This document shows positions 34,657-43,940 of a stretch of 64,000 nucleotides of DNA, one piece after another. The stretch is from Alphaproteobacteria bacterium (GTDB lineage Bacteria > Pseudomonadota > Alphaproteobacteria > SP197). Under the pieces are notes generated by a model, which saw nothing but the letters and a program-made list of their open reading frames with translations, did not search any database and was not told the DNA's origin. Position 1 is the stretch's first letter; every line of letters begins with the position of its first letter. Where the stretch lies: contig CBDCRU010000002.1 of the NCBI GenBank assembly GCA_965221115.1, forward strand, positions 4,700 through 68,699, written 5' to 3'. A program made the position numbers and the translations under genes.

Positions 34657-36929
34657 GGCGACCCGTCGATGGCCGCGACAATGCGCGGAGGCGACATCGG
34701 GGTCTCGGTCATGCGCCGGCCGATGGCACGCGACACGGCATTGGCCACCGCCGCAAGGGGCGGCACGATCGGCGTTTCACCGACACCGCGCACGCCGTAG
34801 GGATGACCGGGATTGGGCACCTCGACGATGACGGTGTCGATCATCGGCAGATCCGAGGCAACGGGAATGCGGTAATCGAGAAAGCCCGGGTTCTGCAGCA
34901 CACCGTCGCTGCCGTAGATGTACTCCTCGTTGAGAGCCCAGCCGATGCCCTGGGCGACTCCGCCCTGGTACTGGCCCTCGACATAGTCGGGATGGATGGC
35001 CTTGCCCGCATCCTGGACCGCCAGGTAGTTGAGGACGGTGACCCGTCCGGTTTCCGGATCCACCTCCAGGTCGCAGACATGCACGGCAAAGCTCGCCCCG
35101 GCGCCCTCGGCGTTGATTTCCGCATGGCCGGCGATCGGTCCGCCGGTGGAAGGCGCCATGGCGGCAATCGCTTCGAAGGTCAGCGGTTCGTGATCGCCGG
35201 CATTGGCGCCCGAGGGACGCACGCACCCCTGGTCCCAGACCACGGCGTCGACGTCGATGTCCCACACGGCAGCGGCGCGCTCCTTCATGGTGTCGATGAC
35301 CTTGCGCGATGCCTCGATGGTGGCGAGTCCGGCCGAATGGGTGACCCGGCTGCCGCCGGTGGTGTCGTTGTGCCCGAGCGAACTGGTGTCGGCGATGATC
35401 GCCTTCACCCTCTCGTAGGGAATCTGGAGTTCCTCGGCAGCCATCAGGCACATGCTGGCGCGGCTGCCGCCGATGTCGGGCGTGCCCAGCGACACCAGAA
35501 CGGTGCCGTCGTTGTTGACGTTGACCGTCACGCTGGTCTGGCCACCGTAGTTCGGCCAGAAACCGGCAGCGATGCCCCTCGCCTGGTTGGCCCCGGGAGC
35601 GGTCTCGAGCGAGGGATGATCCCGCGCCGCCTCGAGGCATTCCACGAATCCGATGGCTCCGAACGTCGGACCGTAGACGGAACTCGAGCCTTCCTTCACC
35701 GCGTTCCTGAGGCGCAGTTCGACAGGATCGATGTCGAGCTTGCAGGCGATGTCATCGAGAAGGGACTCGATGGCGAACGAAGCCATCGGTGCGCCCGGCG
35801 CGCGATAGGCGGCGGCCTTGGGACGGTTCACCACCACGTCATAGCAGTCGAGAACCACGTTCGGGCAATCATAGGGAGCCATGCCGCACACGGCTCCGTA
35901 GCTCACCGGAGAACCGGGGAATGCGCCTCCCTGGTACCTGAAGGAGGCATCGCAGGCGGTGACCCGTCCATCGCGGGTTGCGCCAATCTTCGCCGTGATG
36001 CTCGTCGAAGACGTGGGCCCGGACGCCCGGAAGACCTCGTCGCGGCTCATCGTCATCTTGACCGGACGGCCGGACTTGCGCGACAGGAGGAGGGCCACGG
36101 GCTCGAGAAAGACGGTGGTCTTGCCGCCGAACCCGCCGCCGATCTCCGAGGATGTCACGCGCAGGTTCGCGAGATCCATGCCCAGGATGTTGGCGCACAT
36201 GTCGCGCACGGAGAAGTGGCCCTGGGTGCAGCACCACAACTCGGCGACGCCGTCCTCGGAAGCCGAAGCCACACAGGCATGGGGCTCGATATAGCCCTGA
36301 TGCGCAGCCTCGGTCCTGAATGTCTGCTCGACGATGACGTCGGCAGCGGCGAATCCGGCTTCGATGTCGCCCATTTCGATCCTGGTGTATTCGGCGATGT
36401 TGGATGGCTCTTCGGGTGCCGGATCCATGCCGGCCGTGATCATGTCTTCATGCACCAGGGGCGCACCCGGTTCCATGGCCTCGTCGACATCCGTGACATG
36501 GGGAAGCACCTGCCAGGTGACGTCGATGAGCTTGAGCGCCTGGCGGGCAACCGACGTCGATGTCGCCGCCACGGCGGCGACCGCATGGCCCTCGTAGAGC
36601 GCCTTGTCCCGGGCCATGACGTTGCGGGCCACGTCCCAGACGTTCTCCTCGACCTCTCCCTTCACCGTTCCGTCCGGGCCGATGCCCGGAAAGTCGTCGC
36701 GGGTGACGACCGCCTTGACGCCGGGAAGGGCCTGGGCCCTGGAGGTGTCAATGGCAAGGATGCGGGCGTGGGCATGGGGACTGCGCAGCACCTTGCCGAC
36801 GAGCATGCCGGCGCCGGCGAGATCGGCTCCATAGAGCGCCCGGCCGGTGACCTTGTCGGTGCCGTCGGGGCGGGGCGGACGGGTTCCGACCTTGTCGAAT
36901 GTCGTGCGGGTGGTGAATTCGAGTGCCAT
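34653..36929 (-). CDS. Xanthine dehydrogenase-family molybdopterin-binding subunit (CoxL/aldehyde oxidase-like)
   Basis: 758 aa. N-terminal GRALYGADL...KVLRSPHAHARILAIDTS..ALPGVKAVVT and GGGFGGK motif. Confidence 0.9.
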   Translation of the reverse strand: MALEFTTRTTFDKVGTRPPRPDGTDKVTGRALYGADLAGAGMLVGKVLRSPHAHARILAIDTSRAQALPGVKAVVTRDDFPGIGPDGTVKGEVEENVWDVARNVMARDKALYEGHAVAAVAATSTSVARQALKLIDVTWQVLPHVTDVDEAMEPGAPLVHEDMITAGMDPAPEEPSNIAEYTRIEMGDIEAGFAAADVIVEQTFRTEAAHQGYIEPHACVASASEDGVAELWCCTQGHFSVRDMCANILGMDLANLRVTSSEIGGGFGGKTTVFLEPVALLLSRKSGRPVKMTMSRDEVFRASGPTSSTSITAKIGATRDGRVTACDASFRYQGGAFPGSPVSYGAVCGMAPYDCPNVVLDCYDVVVNRPKAAAYRAPGAPMASFAIESLLDDIACKLDIDPVELRLRNAVKEGSSSVYGPTFGAIGFVECLEAARDHPSLETAPGANQARGIAAGFWPNYGGQTSVTVNVNNDGTVLVSLGTPDIGGSRASMCLMAAEELQIPYERVKAIIADTSSLGHNDTTGGSRVTHSAGLATIEASRKVIDTMKERAAAVWDIDVDAVVWDQGCVRPSGANAGDHEPLTFEAIAAMAPSTGGPIAGHAEINAEGAGASFAVHVCDLEVDPETGRVTVLNYLAVQDAGKAIHPDYVEGQYQGGVAQGIGWALNEEYIYGSDGVLQNPGFLDYRIPVASDLPMIDTVIVEVPNPGHPYGVRGVGETPIVPPLAAVANAVSRAIGRRMTETPMSPPRIVAAIDGSP

Positions 36930-36932
36930 GGA

Positions 36933-37409
36933 TCACTGTCCCCTCAGGTCTGCCGCGGTTTCCAGCACCGCGCGAATGATCTTGTCGTATCCGGTGCAGC
37001 GGCACAGGTTGCCGGCGAGCCAGTAGCGCACCTCGGTCTCGTCGGGATCGGGGTTTTCCTCCAGCAGGGCCTTCGCGGCAACGAGGAACCCCGGCGTGCA
37101 GACGCCGCACTGCAGCGCTCCGAGTTCGAGGAACTTCGTCTGCAGGGGATGGAGTTCGCCGGTTCCGGCCATGCCTTCGATGGTCTCGACCTCGCGGCCG
37201 TCCGCTTCCGCCGCCAGCACCAGGCAGGCACACACCAGGCGGCCGTCGAGCATCACCGAACAGGCGCCACAGTCACCCGATGCGCATCCTTCCTTCGATC
37301 CGGTGAGGCCGAGGCGTTCGCGCAAGGCATCGAGCAGGGTCTCCGTGGCATCGCACAGGAACTCCGCCGCATCGCCGTTCACGGTTGTCGTGACATGCTG
37401 AAGGCTCAT
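36933..37409 (-). CDS. [2Fe-2S]-binding small subunit (CoxS-like)
   Basis: CASGDCGACSV...C and CGVCTPGF...NLCRCTGY cluster motifs. Confidence 0.9.
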   Translation of the reverse strand: MSLQHVTTTVNGDAAEFLCDATETLLDALRERLGLTGSKEGCASGDCGACSVMLDGRLVCACLVLAAEADGREVETIEGMAGTGELHPLQTKFLELGALQCGVCTPGFLVAAKALLEENPDPDETEVRYWLAGNLCRCTGYDKIIRAVLETAADLRGQ

Positions 37410-38272
37410 GATCTTTCTCCGGCTCGCGTGCCGGCGATGCGCGCCGCCCGGCGGGCAAGCACTCCGGCCACTTTCCTGCGGTAGGGCACGGTACCGCGCT
37501 TGTCGTCGATCGGCTGCGCAGCCGCCGAGGCCGCCGCCTCGAGTGCCGCCAGGGCTTCGTCATCGAGAGACGTGCCGATGATGGCCGCGGCGCCGTCCTC
37601 CACCACCAGCGCCCGGGGGCCGACGGCGCCGAGCACCACCTTCGCGGCGGTGCAGCGACCGCCGTCATCCAGCATCAGGCTGACTGCAGCGCCGACCACG
37701 GCAATGTCCATCTCGGTCCGCGGAATGAGTCTGAGGTAGGCGTCCGCGGACCGCGCCGGGGCCTCCGGCAGGAAGACTGACGACACCACCTCGCCCGGAG
37801 CGAGCGAGGTGACTCCGGGTCCGGTCGCCACATCGCCGACCGGAACATCGCGCTCGCGCCCGTCCGGTCCGGCAATGCGCGCCAGGGCGCCGGCCGCCAT
37901 CATCGCCGGCACGCTGTCGGCCGCCGGCGAGGCGTTGCAGAGATTCCCGACCATGGTGGCGCGTCCCTGGATCTGCGTCGAACCGATCAGTTCCACGGCC
38001 TCGACAACGCCAGGCCACTGACGGCGCACGCCGTCATGGTGCGACAGGACCGCCCCCGGAACCGCGGCACCGATGCGCCAGCCGCCGTCCTCGGCGACGA
38101 TATCCTCCATCCCCGGGATACGCTTGATGTCGACGACGAGTTCCGGCTCCACCAGACCGGAACGCAGGGCGACGAGAAGATCGGTGCCGCCGGCTAGGAC
38201 CCGTGCCACGCCCTGGCACGATGCCAGCATTCCGGTGGCGTCAGCGAGTGTTCGCGGTGCTTCGTACCGCAT
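37406..38272 (-). CDS. FAD-binding medium subunit (CoxM-like)
   Basis: RVLAGGTDLLV motif of the FAD-binding domain in molybdopterin dehydrogenases. 288 aa. Overlaps the coxS-like start. Confidence 0.85.
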   Translation of the reverse strand: MRYEAPRTLADATGMLASCQGVARVLAGGTDLLVALRSGLVEPELVVDIKRIPGMEDIVAEDGGWRIGAAVPGAVLSHHDGVRRQWPGVVEAVELIGSTQIQGRATMVGNLCNASPAADSVPAMMAAGALARIAGPDGRERDVPVGDVATGPGVTSLAPGEVVSSVFLPEAPARSADAYLRLIPRTEMDIAVVGAAVSLMLDDGGRCTAAKVVLGAVGPRALVVEDGAAAIIGTSLDDEALAALEAAASAAAQPIDDKRGTVPYRRKVAGVLARRAARIAGTRAGERS

Positions 38273-38466
38273 GTCAGACCGTCTCCCCCGTCTTCAGAAC
38301 AGGGGGATCATTCCAGAGAAGGGGACTTCTCGGCAACTCATCAATTGTCGCGACACGCCCGTAGTGTGGTTTGTCCCGCGCACGCACCTTCGCTTGCGAC
38401 ACTTGACCCGGAGCCGGTCGGCGGGTGAGAAAGACCCATGCACTCCAGAAGAACCGGACCGGCACC

Positions 38467-39459
38467 ATGACGAGCATCTACGGCCAGACCATCAAGCTCT
38501 TCGGCTCCCAGCCTGAGCCTGCCTTCGAAAGCGAGGCCGGGCAGAGCGCCGTGTGGGGCCGGCATTGGGGATGCGACAACGATGTCGGTACCCTGCGCGT
38601 CTGCCTCATGCACCGTCCCGGCGCTGAAATGGAGATTGTCGACCGCAACCGGCGGATCGAGGAGATCGGTTCGTTCGGGGACCTCGACAGAGGCTGGTAC
38701 TTCCAGAGCGACACGGTTCCCGACTGGGACGAATTCCGCGCACAGCACGACGGTCTGGTCCGCACGTTGCAGAACGAGGGTGTCGAGGTGGTCTTTCTGG
38801 ACAGCATCGAACCCGATGGCCTGAAGTCCATCTACACCCGCGATTCGTCGTTCGCCATCAAGGGAGGCAGCGTGATCTGCCGCCTGGCGCGCTCGATCCG
38901 CCGCGGCGAGGAGGCCCATGTCACGAAGACGATCGCCAATCTTGGTATGCCGATCCTGCGCACCATCCACGGCACGGGCATGGTGGAGGGCGGCAGTTTC
39001 GCCTGGCTCAATCACCGCACGGCCGTCATCGGCCGGTCCATCTGCGTCAATGAAGAGGGCGCGCGCCAGGTCGAGGAAGTGCTGGCCTGGCAGGGCGTCG
39101 AATTGCTGCGCGTCGATCTCACCGGCTATTCCATCCACATCGACGGCGCCATGACGATGATCGACGTCGACGTCGCCATCATCGATCCCGACATGCTTCC
39201 CTATGCCTTTCTCGAGAAACTGAAGGAGCTCGGAATCCGCACCGTCGAGATCACGGCCCAGGACGACCACTCCATCATCAACTGCCTTGCGGTTCGGCCC
39301 GGCCGCGTCGTCATGCCGCGCGGCATCTCCAACCGGACAGCCGACACTCTCGCCTCGATGAACATCGAGATCATCGAGATCGACTACGACAAGGTCTATC
39401 TCAACGGTGGCGGCATCCACTGCTCCACTTGCCCGCTGGTCCGTGATTCCGTCCACTGA
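38467..39459 (+). CDS. Amidinotransferase / arginine deiminase-type (guanidino-group-modifying) enzyme
   Basis: C-terminal GGGIHCSTCPL catalytic-Cys motif and pentein-like repeats. ATG 38467. Confidence 0.7.
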   Translation: MTSIYGQTIKLFGSQPEPAFESEAGQSAVWGRHWGCDNDVGTLRVCLMHRPGAEMEIVDRNRRIEEIGSFGDLDRGWYFQSDTVPDWDEFRAQHDGLVRTLQNEGVEVVFLDSIEPDGLKSIYTRDSSFAIKGGSVICRLARSIRRGEEAHVTKTIANLGMPILRTIHGTGMVEGGSFAWLNHRTAVIGRSICVNEEGARQVEEVLAWQGVELLRVDLTGYSIHIDGAMTMIDVDVAIIDPDMLPYAFLEKLKELGIRTVEITAQDDHSIINCLAVRPGRVVMPRGISNRTADTLASMNIEIIEIDYDKVYLNGGGIHCSTCPLVRDSVH

Positions 39460-39504
39460 CGCCACCACCTCGCGGACTTCACCAGGGAATCAAAGGAGAA
39501 ACCG

Positions 39505-40476
39505 ATGACACGTGCCGTGCGTATCCATAAGGTCGGTGGCCCCGAGGTCCTGACCCTCGAGACGGTCGACACCGGCAGGCCAGGGGCGGGCGAGGTCCTG
39601 GTCCGCCACACCGCGATTGGCCTCAACTTCATCGACACCTATCAGCGTTCCGGACTCTATCCCCTCTCCTTGCCGGCGACCCTGGGCATGGAGGCCGCAG
39701 GCATCGTCGAGGCGCTCGGTCCCGGCGTCACGGACTTTGGAGTGGGTGACAGGGTCGCCTACCCGATGACCGCCGGCGCCTACGCCGGCGAGCGCATCAT
39801 GCCGGCAGACCGCCTGGTCGGGATTCCCGACGGCGTATCGGACGAGACCGCCGCCGCCATGATGCTGAAGGGCATGACGGCGGAGTACCTGCTCATGCGG
39901 ACATTCCCCGTCGAGGAAGGGCAGACCATTCTCTTTCACGCCGCTGCCGGCGGTGTCGGCCTCATCGCCTGCCAGTGGGCGAGAGCGCTGGGCGCCCGGG
40001 TAATCGGAACCGTGTCCACGGCGGAAAAGGCCGCTCTCGCGGCTGCCCACGGATGCGACCATCCGATCGTCACGTCCAGCGAGGACATTGCCGAAAGGGT
40101 GATGGACATCACCAGCGGCAAGGGTGTTCCGGTCGTCTACGATTCGATCGGCAGGGACACCTTCGATGCGTCGCTTGCGGTCCTGGCGCCGCGCGGCACC
40201 CTGGTCTCCTTCGGTCAGTCCTCGGGGCCGGTCGAGAGCTTCAATCCGGCGCGCCTCGCCGCCGGCGGCTCGCTCTACTATACCCGGCCCGGCCTCGCCA
40301 ACTATATTGCCAGCCGCGAGGATCTCGATCTTTCGGCAAGGCGCCTCTTTTCCATGGTCGGCTCGGGCAAGGTGCAGATCGAGGTCAACCAGAGGTATGC
40401 GCTCGACGACGTCGAGCGCGCCCATCGCGATCTCGAGGGACGCCGGACGACGGGCTCGACGGTTCTCCTCCCGTGA
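39505..40476 (+). CDS. qor: NADPH:quinone oxidoreductase (MDR superfamily)
   Basis: GEVLVRHTAIGLNFIDTYQRSGLYP and AAAGGVGLIACQWARALGARVIG. Ends TTGSTVLLP. Confidence 0.85.
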   Translation: MTRAVRIHKVGGPEVLTLETVDTGRPGAGEVLVRHTAIGLNFIDTYQRSGLYPLSLPATLGMEAAGIVEALGPGVTDFGVGDRVAYPMTAGAYAGERIMPADRLVGIPDGVSDETAAAMMLKGMTAEYLLMRTFPVEEGQTILFHAAAGGVGLIACQWARALGARVIGTVSTAEKAALAAAHGCDHPIVTSSEDIAERVMDITSGKGVPVVYDSIGRDTFDASLAVLAPRGTLVSFGQSSGPVESFNPARLAAGGSLYYTRPGLANYIASREDLDLSARRLFSMVGSGKVQIEVNQRYALDDVERAHRDLEGRRTTGSTVLLP

Positions 40477-41453
40477 GCGCAACCACAAGGGCCGTGCGCC
40501 TTGCGCGCTGCGGTGGCCCCGAGGTCCTGGAATTCGCCGACATCGCCCTTGACCCTCCCGGCGCCGGCGAGGTGCGGGTGCGCAACACCGCAATCGCGCT
40601 CAACTTCTACGACATCTACGAACGCAGGGGCTTCTATCCCGTCGATCTTCCCGTCACGCCCGGCTCGGAGTCGGCAGGCGTGGTGGAGGCGCTCGGCGCT
40701 GGTGTCGGGCATCTCGTCGAAGGCGATCGTGTCGCCGTCCTCACCGGTCCGGGGAACTGTGCCGGGGTGATGAACGCCGATGCGTCCCGGGTGGTGCGGC
40801 TGCCAGAGGAGATCGACGAGACCGTCGCCGCCGCCATGATGACCAAGGCGATGACGGTCGAGTGCCTGCTGGAGCGCTGCGTTCCCGTACGCCGCGGCCA
40901 GACCATCGTCATCCATGCGGCGGCAGGCGGTGTCGGCCTCATTGCCTGCCAGTGGGCGAGAGCACTCGGCGCCCGGGTGATCGGAACCGTCTCCACTGAC
41001 GCCAAGGCGCGCCTAGCACGCATGAACGGCTGTCACGTCCCCGTCGTATGGGGCACGGACACGCTCGAAGACGTGGTGAGGGACGAGACTGGCGGCGAGG
41101 GCGTTCCGGTGGTGTTCGATTCGATTGGCAGGACGACTTTCGAATCCAGTCTTGCGTGCCTCGCCCGGCGCGGCACCCTCGTCTCGTTTGGTCAGTCCTC
41201 GGGCGAGCCGGAACCCTTCCGCGTGCTGCTGCTCGCGGCCAGGGGGTCGATCTTCGTGACCCGGCCAATACTCGACGACTACACGGCAACGCGCCTCGAA
41301 CTCGAAGCCAGCGCCCGACGCGTCTTCGACATGGTGGGAAGCGGAAAGGTGAAGGTCACCATCGGCCAGACCTTCGACCTTGCCGACATCGCAAAGGCCC
41401 ACGAACTCATGGAGGAACGGCGCACGACCGGATCCACCGTTCTCGTCCCCTGA
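40473..41453 (+). CDS. Second, tandem NADPH:quinone oxidoreductase paralogue
   Basis: GTG 40473 overlaps the qor stop (GTGA). Same architecture (GEVRVRNTAIALNFYDIYERRGFYP ... TTGSTVLVP). Confidence 0.85.
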   Translation: MSATTRAVRLARCGGPEVLEFADIALDPPGAGEVRVRNTAIALNFYDIYERRGFYPVDLPVTPGSESAGVVEALGAGVGHLVEGDRVAVLTGPGNCAGVMNADASRVVRLPEEIDETVAAAMMTKAMTVECLLERCVPVRRGQTIVIHAAAGGVGLIACQWARALGARVIGTVSTDAKARLARMNGCHVPVVWGTDTLEDVVRDETGGEGVPVVFDSIGRTTFESSLACLARRGTLVSFGQSSGEPEPFRVLLLAARGSIFVTRPILDDYTATRLELEASARRVFDMVGSGKVKVTIGQTFDLADIAKAHELMEERRTTGSTVLVP

Positions 41454-41792
41454 TGATCTGCGCACCCGTATCGACGCCGTGATGTGGGCGTCCGCAAGAA
41501 ACAGCGGCGCGACGGATCGTCATGACCACGAAGCCGCGATCGGGCTCTGCCGGGTACGGTAGAGCAGACGAAGTCCCGGTACGATACCGGCTGTTTCCTT
41601 CCGACCTTCCGGAACACCGTGGACCCTGCACAGGGGCGATGGCCGGCATCATGTGCCGAACACTGACGAAAGCACCATGAATCAACAACGTGGACAGCGG
41701 CGAGTCTACCTGTCAGGGGGTTCCGAAACTTGGAGGCAACACCTCATGCTGGCGATCTTGTCGCGAAATGTCATGAGGGGCGAGAGGAATTC

Positions 41793-42020
41793 ATGAACTG
41801 GCGCGACCACATCACCGTGGATCCCGAGATTTGTCACGGCAAGGCGTGTTTCTCCGGCACTCGGGTTCTGGTGACGACCGTACTCGACAATCTGGCCTCC
41901 GGTCTGGATGTTGACGACATCGTGGCGAGCTATCCATCGGTTTCTCGAGAGGCTGTGCGTGCTGCGCTCTGCTATGCCGCGGCATTGGCCAACGAACGAG
42001 TGGTTGCGCTCCAGAAGTAG
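41793..42020 (+). CDS. DUF433-domain protein (antitoxin-like)
   Basis: ITVDPEICHGKACFSGTRVLVTTVLDNLASG...DIVASYPSVSREAVRAAL is the DUF433 signature. Confidence 0.8.
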   Translation: MNWRDHITVDPEICHGKACFSGTRVLVTTVLDNLASGLDVDDIVASYPSVSREAVRAALCYAAALANERVVALQK

Positions 42021-42030
42021 GAACACCGGT

Positions 42031-42384
42031 GTGCAGTTCAAGATGGATGAGAATTTGCCCGTTGAGTTGGCGAGCATGTTCCGAGAGGCTGGGCATGACG
42101 CGGTGACAATTCTCGACCAGAACCTCGCAGGTGCTCGGGACTCGGATATTGCGTCGGTCTGTGTTCGCGAGGGTCGGGCGATCGTGACGCTCGACATGGA
42201 CTCCGCAGACATTCGGACCTACCCACCCGACACCTATCCCGGACTCATCGTGTTTCGCCCAAGCACCCAGTCCCGTGATCATGTCTTGCGGATTGGAAGC
42301 CGGCTTCTCAATGTGTTGACTGGCACCACGCTCGCCGGTCGGCTCTGGATCGTGGAGGACTCGCGAATTCGGGTGCGGCAGTGA
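42031..42384 (+). CDS. DUF5615-family PIN-like protein (Mut7-C-like)
   Basis: FKMDENLPVELASMFREAGHDAVTILD...DSDIASVC...AIVTLDMDSADIRTYPP. 10 nt after the DUF433 stop. Confidence 0.75.
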   Translation: MQFKMDENLPVELASMFREAGHDAVTILDQNLAGARDSDIASVCVREGRAIVTLDMDSADIRTYPPDTYPGLIVFRPSTQSRDHVLRIGSRLLNVLTGTTLAGRLWIVEDSRIRVRQ

Positions 42385-42650
42385 CATGAAGCGCACCAGC
42401 TGAAGAAGTCCTCGAGGCACATTCATTGAGCATCGGCTCCACGCCGATTCCCCTCAAGGCCCATGACCGCGACTTTCTTGATGACCGGCGCGCCAGCTTC
42501 AAGGTCCGGAGGCCTGTACGCGGCTTTGGCTTCCGGACTCGGTGCGGCTCCAATCACCACGTTTCCGGTCGCCGCTCTGCGAACCCGAGCGAATCAGGTG
42601 AAGTTCAGCCTCGGCCTTGCCGACAGGGCCTGATCGGAGAGGGCCGGGTA

Positions 42651-43286
42651 TCAGTAGAGCCTGTTCTGTTCGGCGCTCTTCATGTAGGCATCGGCCTCGG
42701 CCGCCGTCTCCTTGAGTTTCGCCTGGGCCACGATCGCCGCACCGAAACTCTGCATTCCGGAGGTGTCCGGCCATGCCTCTGGCTTCCACAGGTTCGAGCG
42801 AACCATGCACTTCGTGCAATGGAAGAAGGCGCGTTCGACATGAACGACCATGACGAGACGGGGCACCTTCCCCTGTTCGGTCATGGAGCGGCGCAGGGCC
42901 TCGTCGGCCACGATCTCGGCGCGACCGGCCACCCTCAGCGTGTCCTTGCGCCCGGGAACCAGGAAGATGAGGGCCACCCTGGGGTTCTCGATCACATTGA
43001 GGAAGGTATCCATGCGGGCGTTGCCCGGTCTGTCGGGGATGGCGAGGGTCGCGCGGTCGATGACCCTCACGAAGCCTGCAGGGTCTCCCTTCGGCGAGAC
43101 ATCGACGTCGCGCGGACCGCCTCCCGAACCGATGACGAAGAATGGCGCGTGGCGGATGAAATCGATGCAGTAGGCGTCAAGGTGATCGATTACCTTGGTC
43201 ACCGCAGCCGGATAGATGTCGCCCACGATCTCCCGCAGTTCATCGGACGTCGTCACGACGTCACTGAAACGTCCGGACCTCTCCAT
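42651..43286 (-). CDS. PPOX-class FMN-dependent flavoprotein (MSMEG_1061-like)
   Basis: FIRHAPFFVIGS...VDVSPKGDPAGFV...GNARMDTFLNVIENPRVALIFLVPG..TLRV.GRA. ATG 43286. Confidence 0.75.
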   Translation of the reverse strand: MERSGRFSDVVTTSDELREIVGDIYPAAVTKVIDHLDAYCIDFIRHAPFFVIGSGGGPRDVDVSPKGDPAGFVRVIDRATLAIPDRPGNARMDTFLNVIENPRVALIFLVPGRKDTLRVAGRAEIVADEALRRSMTEQGKVPRLVMVVHVERAFFHCTKCMVRSNLWKPEAWPDTSGMQSFGAAIVAQAKLKETAAEADAYMKSAEQNRLY

Positions 43287-43457
43287 TGTTCCTGACTCCG
43301 TGCTGTGGCGATGCGCCCGGACAGTAAAGGGGGATCCAGCCTCCGGCAAACTCTCTCCACTTCCAGCTGTTTCGCCGGCACGTTGGTGAAAGCCTTCACC
43401 GATCAATTCGGATGCGCATGCCGGCGTCCGCCAAGGGAAAAGATGAGGATATGCGTG

Positions 43458-43682
43458 TCATGATCGGGCATCCGCGTCCCAATCGACCCTGGCGGAGAGG
43501 ATATCGTCCCGGACAACGATCTTGTCACGCAGACTGCCGATCAGCTCGCCGTCGTGGTGCTCCAGCGGGAGCAGGCGGGCAACGGGCCCGCCGCGCCTGG
43601 TGATGATCAGGCCGTCGTTGTCGAGATTGTCGAGCAGCGCCAGGCACTGTTCCTTGAGCTTCACCGCATCGATTATGTTCAT
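43458..43682 (-). CDS. Phd/YefM-type antitoxin, apparently orphan
   Basis: 74 aa. NIIDAVKLKEQCLALLDNLDNDGLIITRRGGPVARLLP is a Phd-like fold signature. Only a 21-codon ORF overlaps its stop (ATGA). Confidence 0.65.
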   Translation of the reverse strand: MNIIDAVKLKEQCLALLDNLDNDGLIITRRGGPVARLLPLEHHDGELIGSLRDKIVVRDDILSARVDWDADARS

Positions 43683-43811
43683 CGCATCACTCTCATCCGA
43701 TACAGTCAGAACACGTGAGTGGGCATAAATCGTGTCCAGGACTCGGGCAACCCGGGGACTGCATTTAGATCGGCCCGTCCGAGCCTTGTCTTCAATGCGC
43801 CCCCTATGCGC

Positions 43812-43858
43812 GGGACCGCTTGCCGCAAGACGCTTCTTGCGGCAACAGGGCCGGTCCC
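43812..43858 (-). terminator. Long nested hairpin downstream of dnaQ
   Basis: GGGACCG..TTGCCGCAAGA-CGCT-TCTTGCGGCAA..CGGTCCC (11-bp inner stem, 7-bp outer stem). Confidence 0.4.
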
Positions 43859-43940
43859 GGCGCCCGAGCGCGTCCTCAAGGACACGAGGGCTTCGGCCTT
43901 TCCGGCATCACCATGGAAGAGCGGTGCGCAACAAAGAGTG

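Noticed and set aside
34803-37484. 893-aa ORF on the plus strand
   Set aside because: It is entirely antisense to the coxL/coxS-like genes. Long stop-free antisense frames are expected at this GC content. The composition is low-complexity (G/A/R/D/V-rich) and there are no recognisable motifs.
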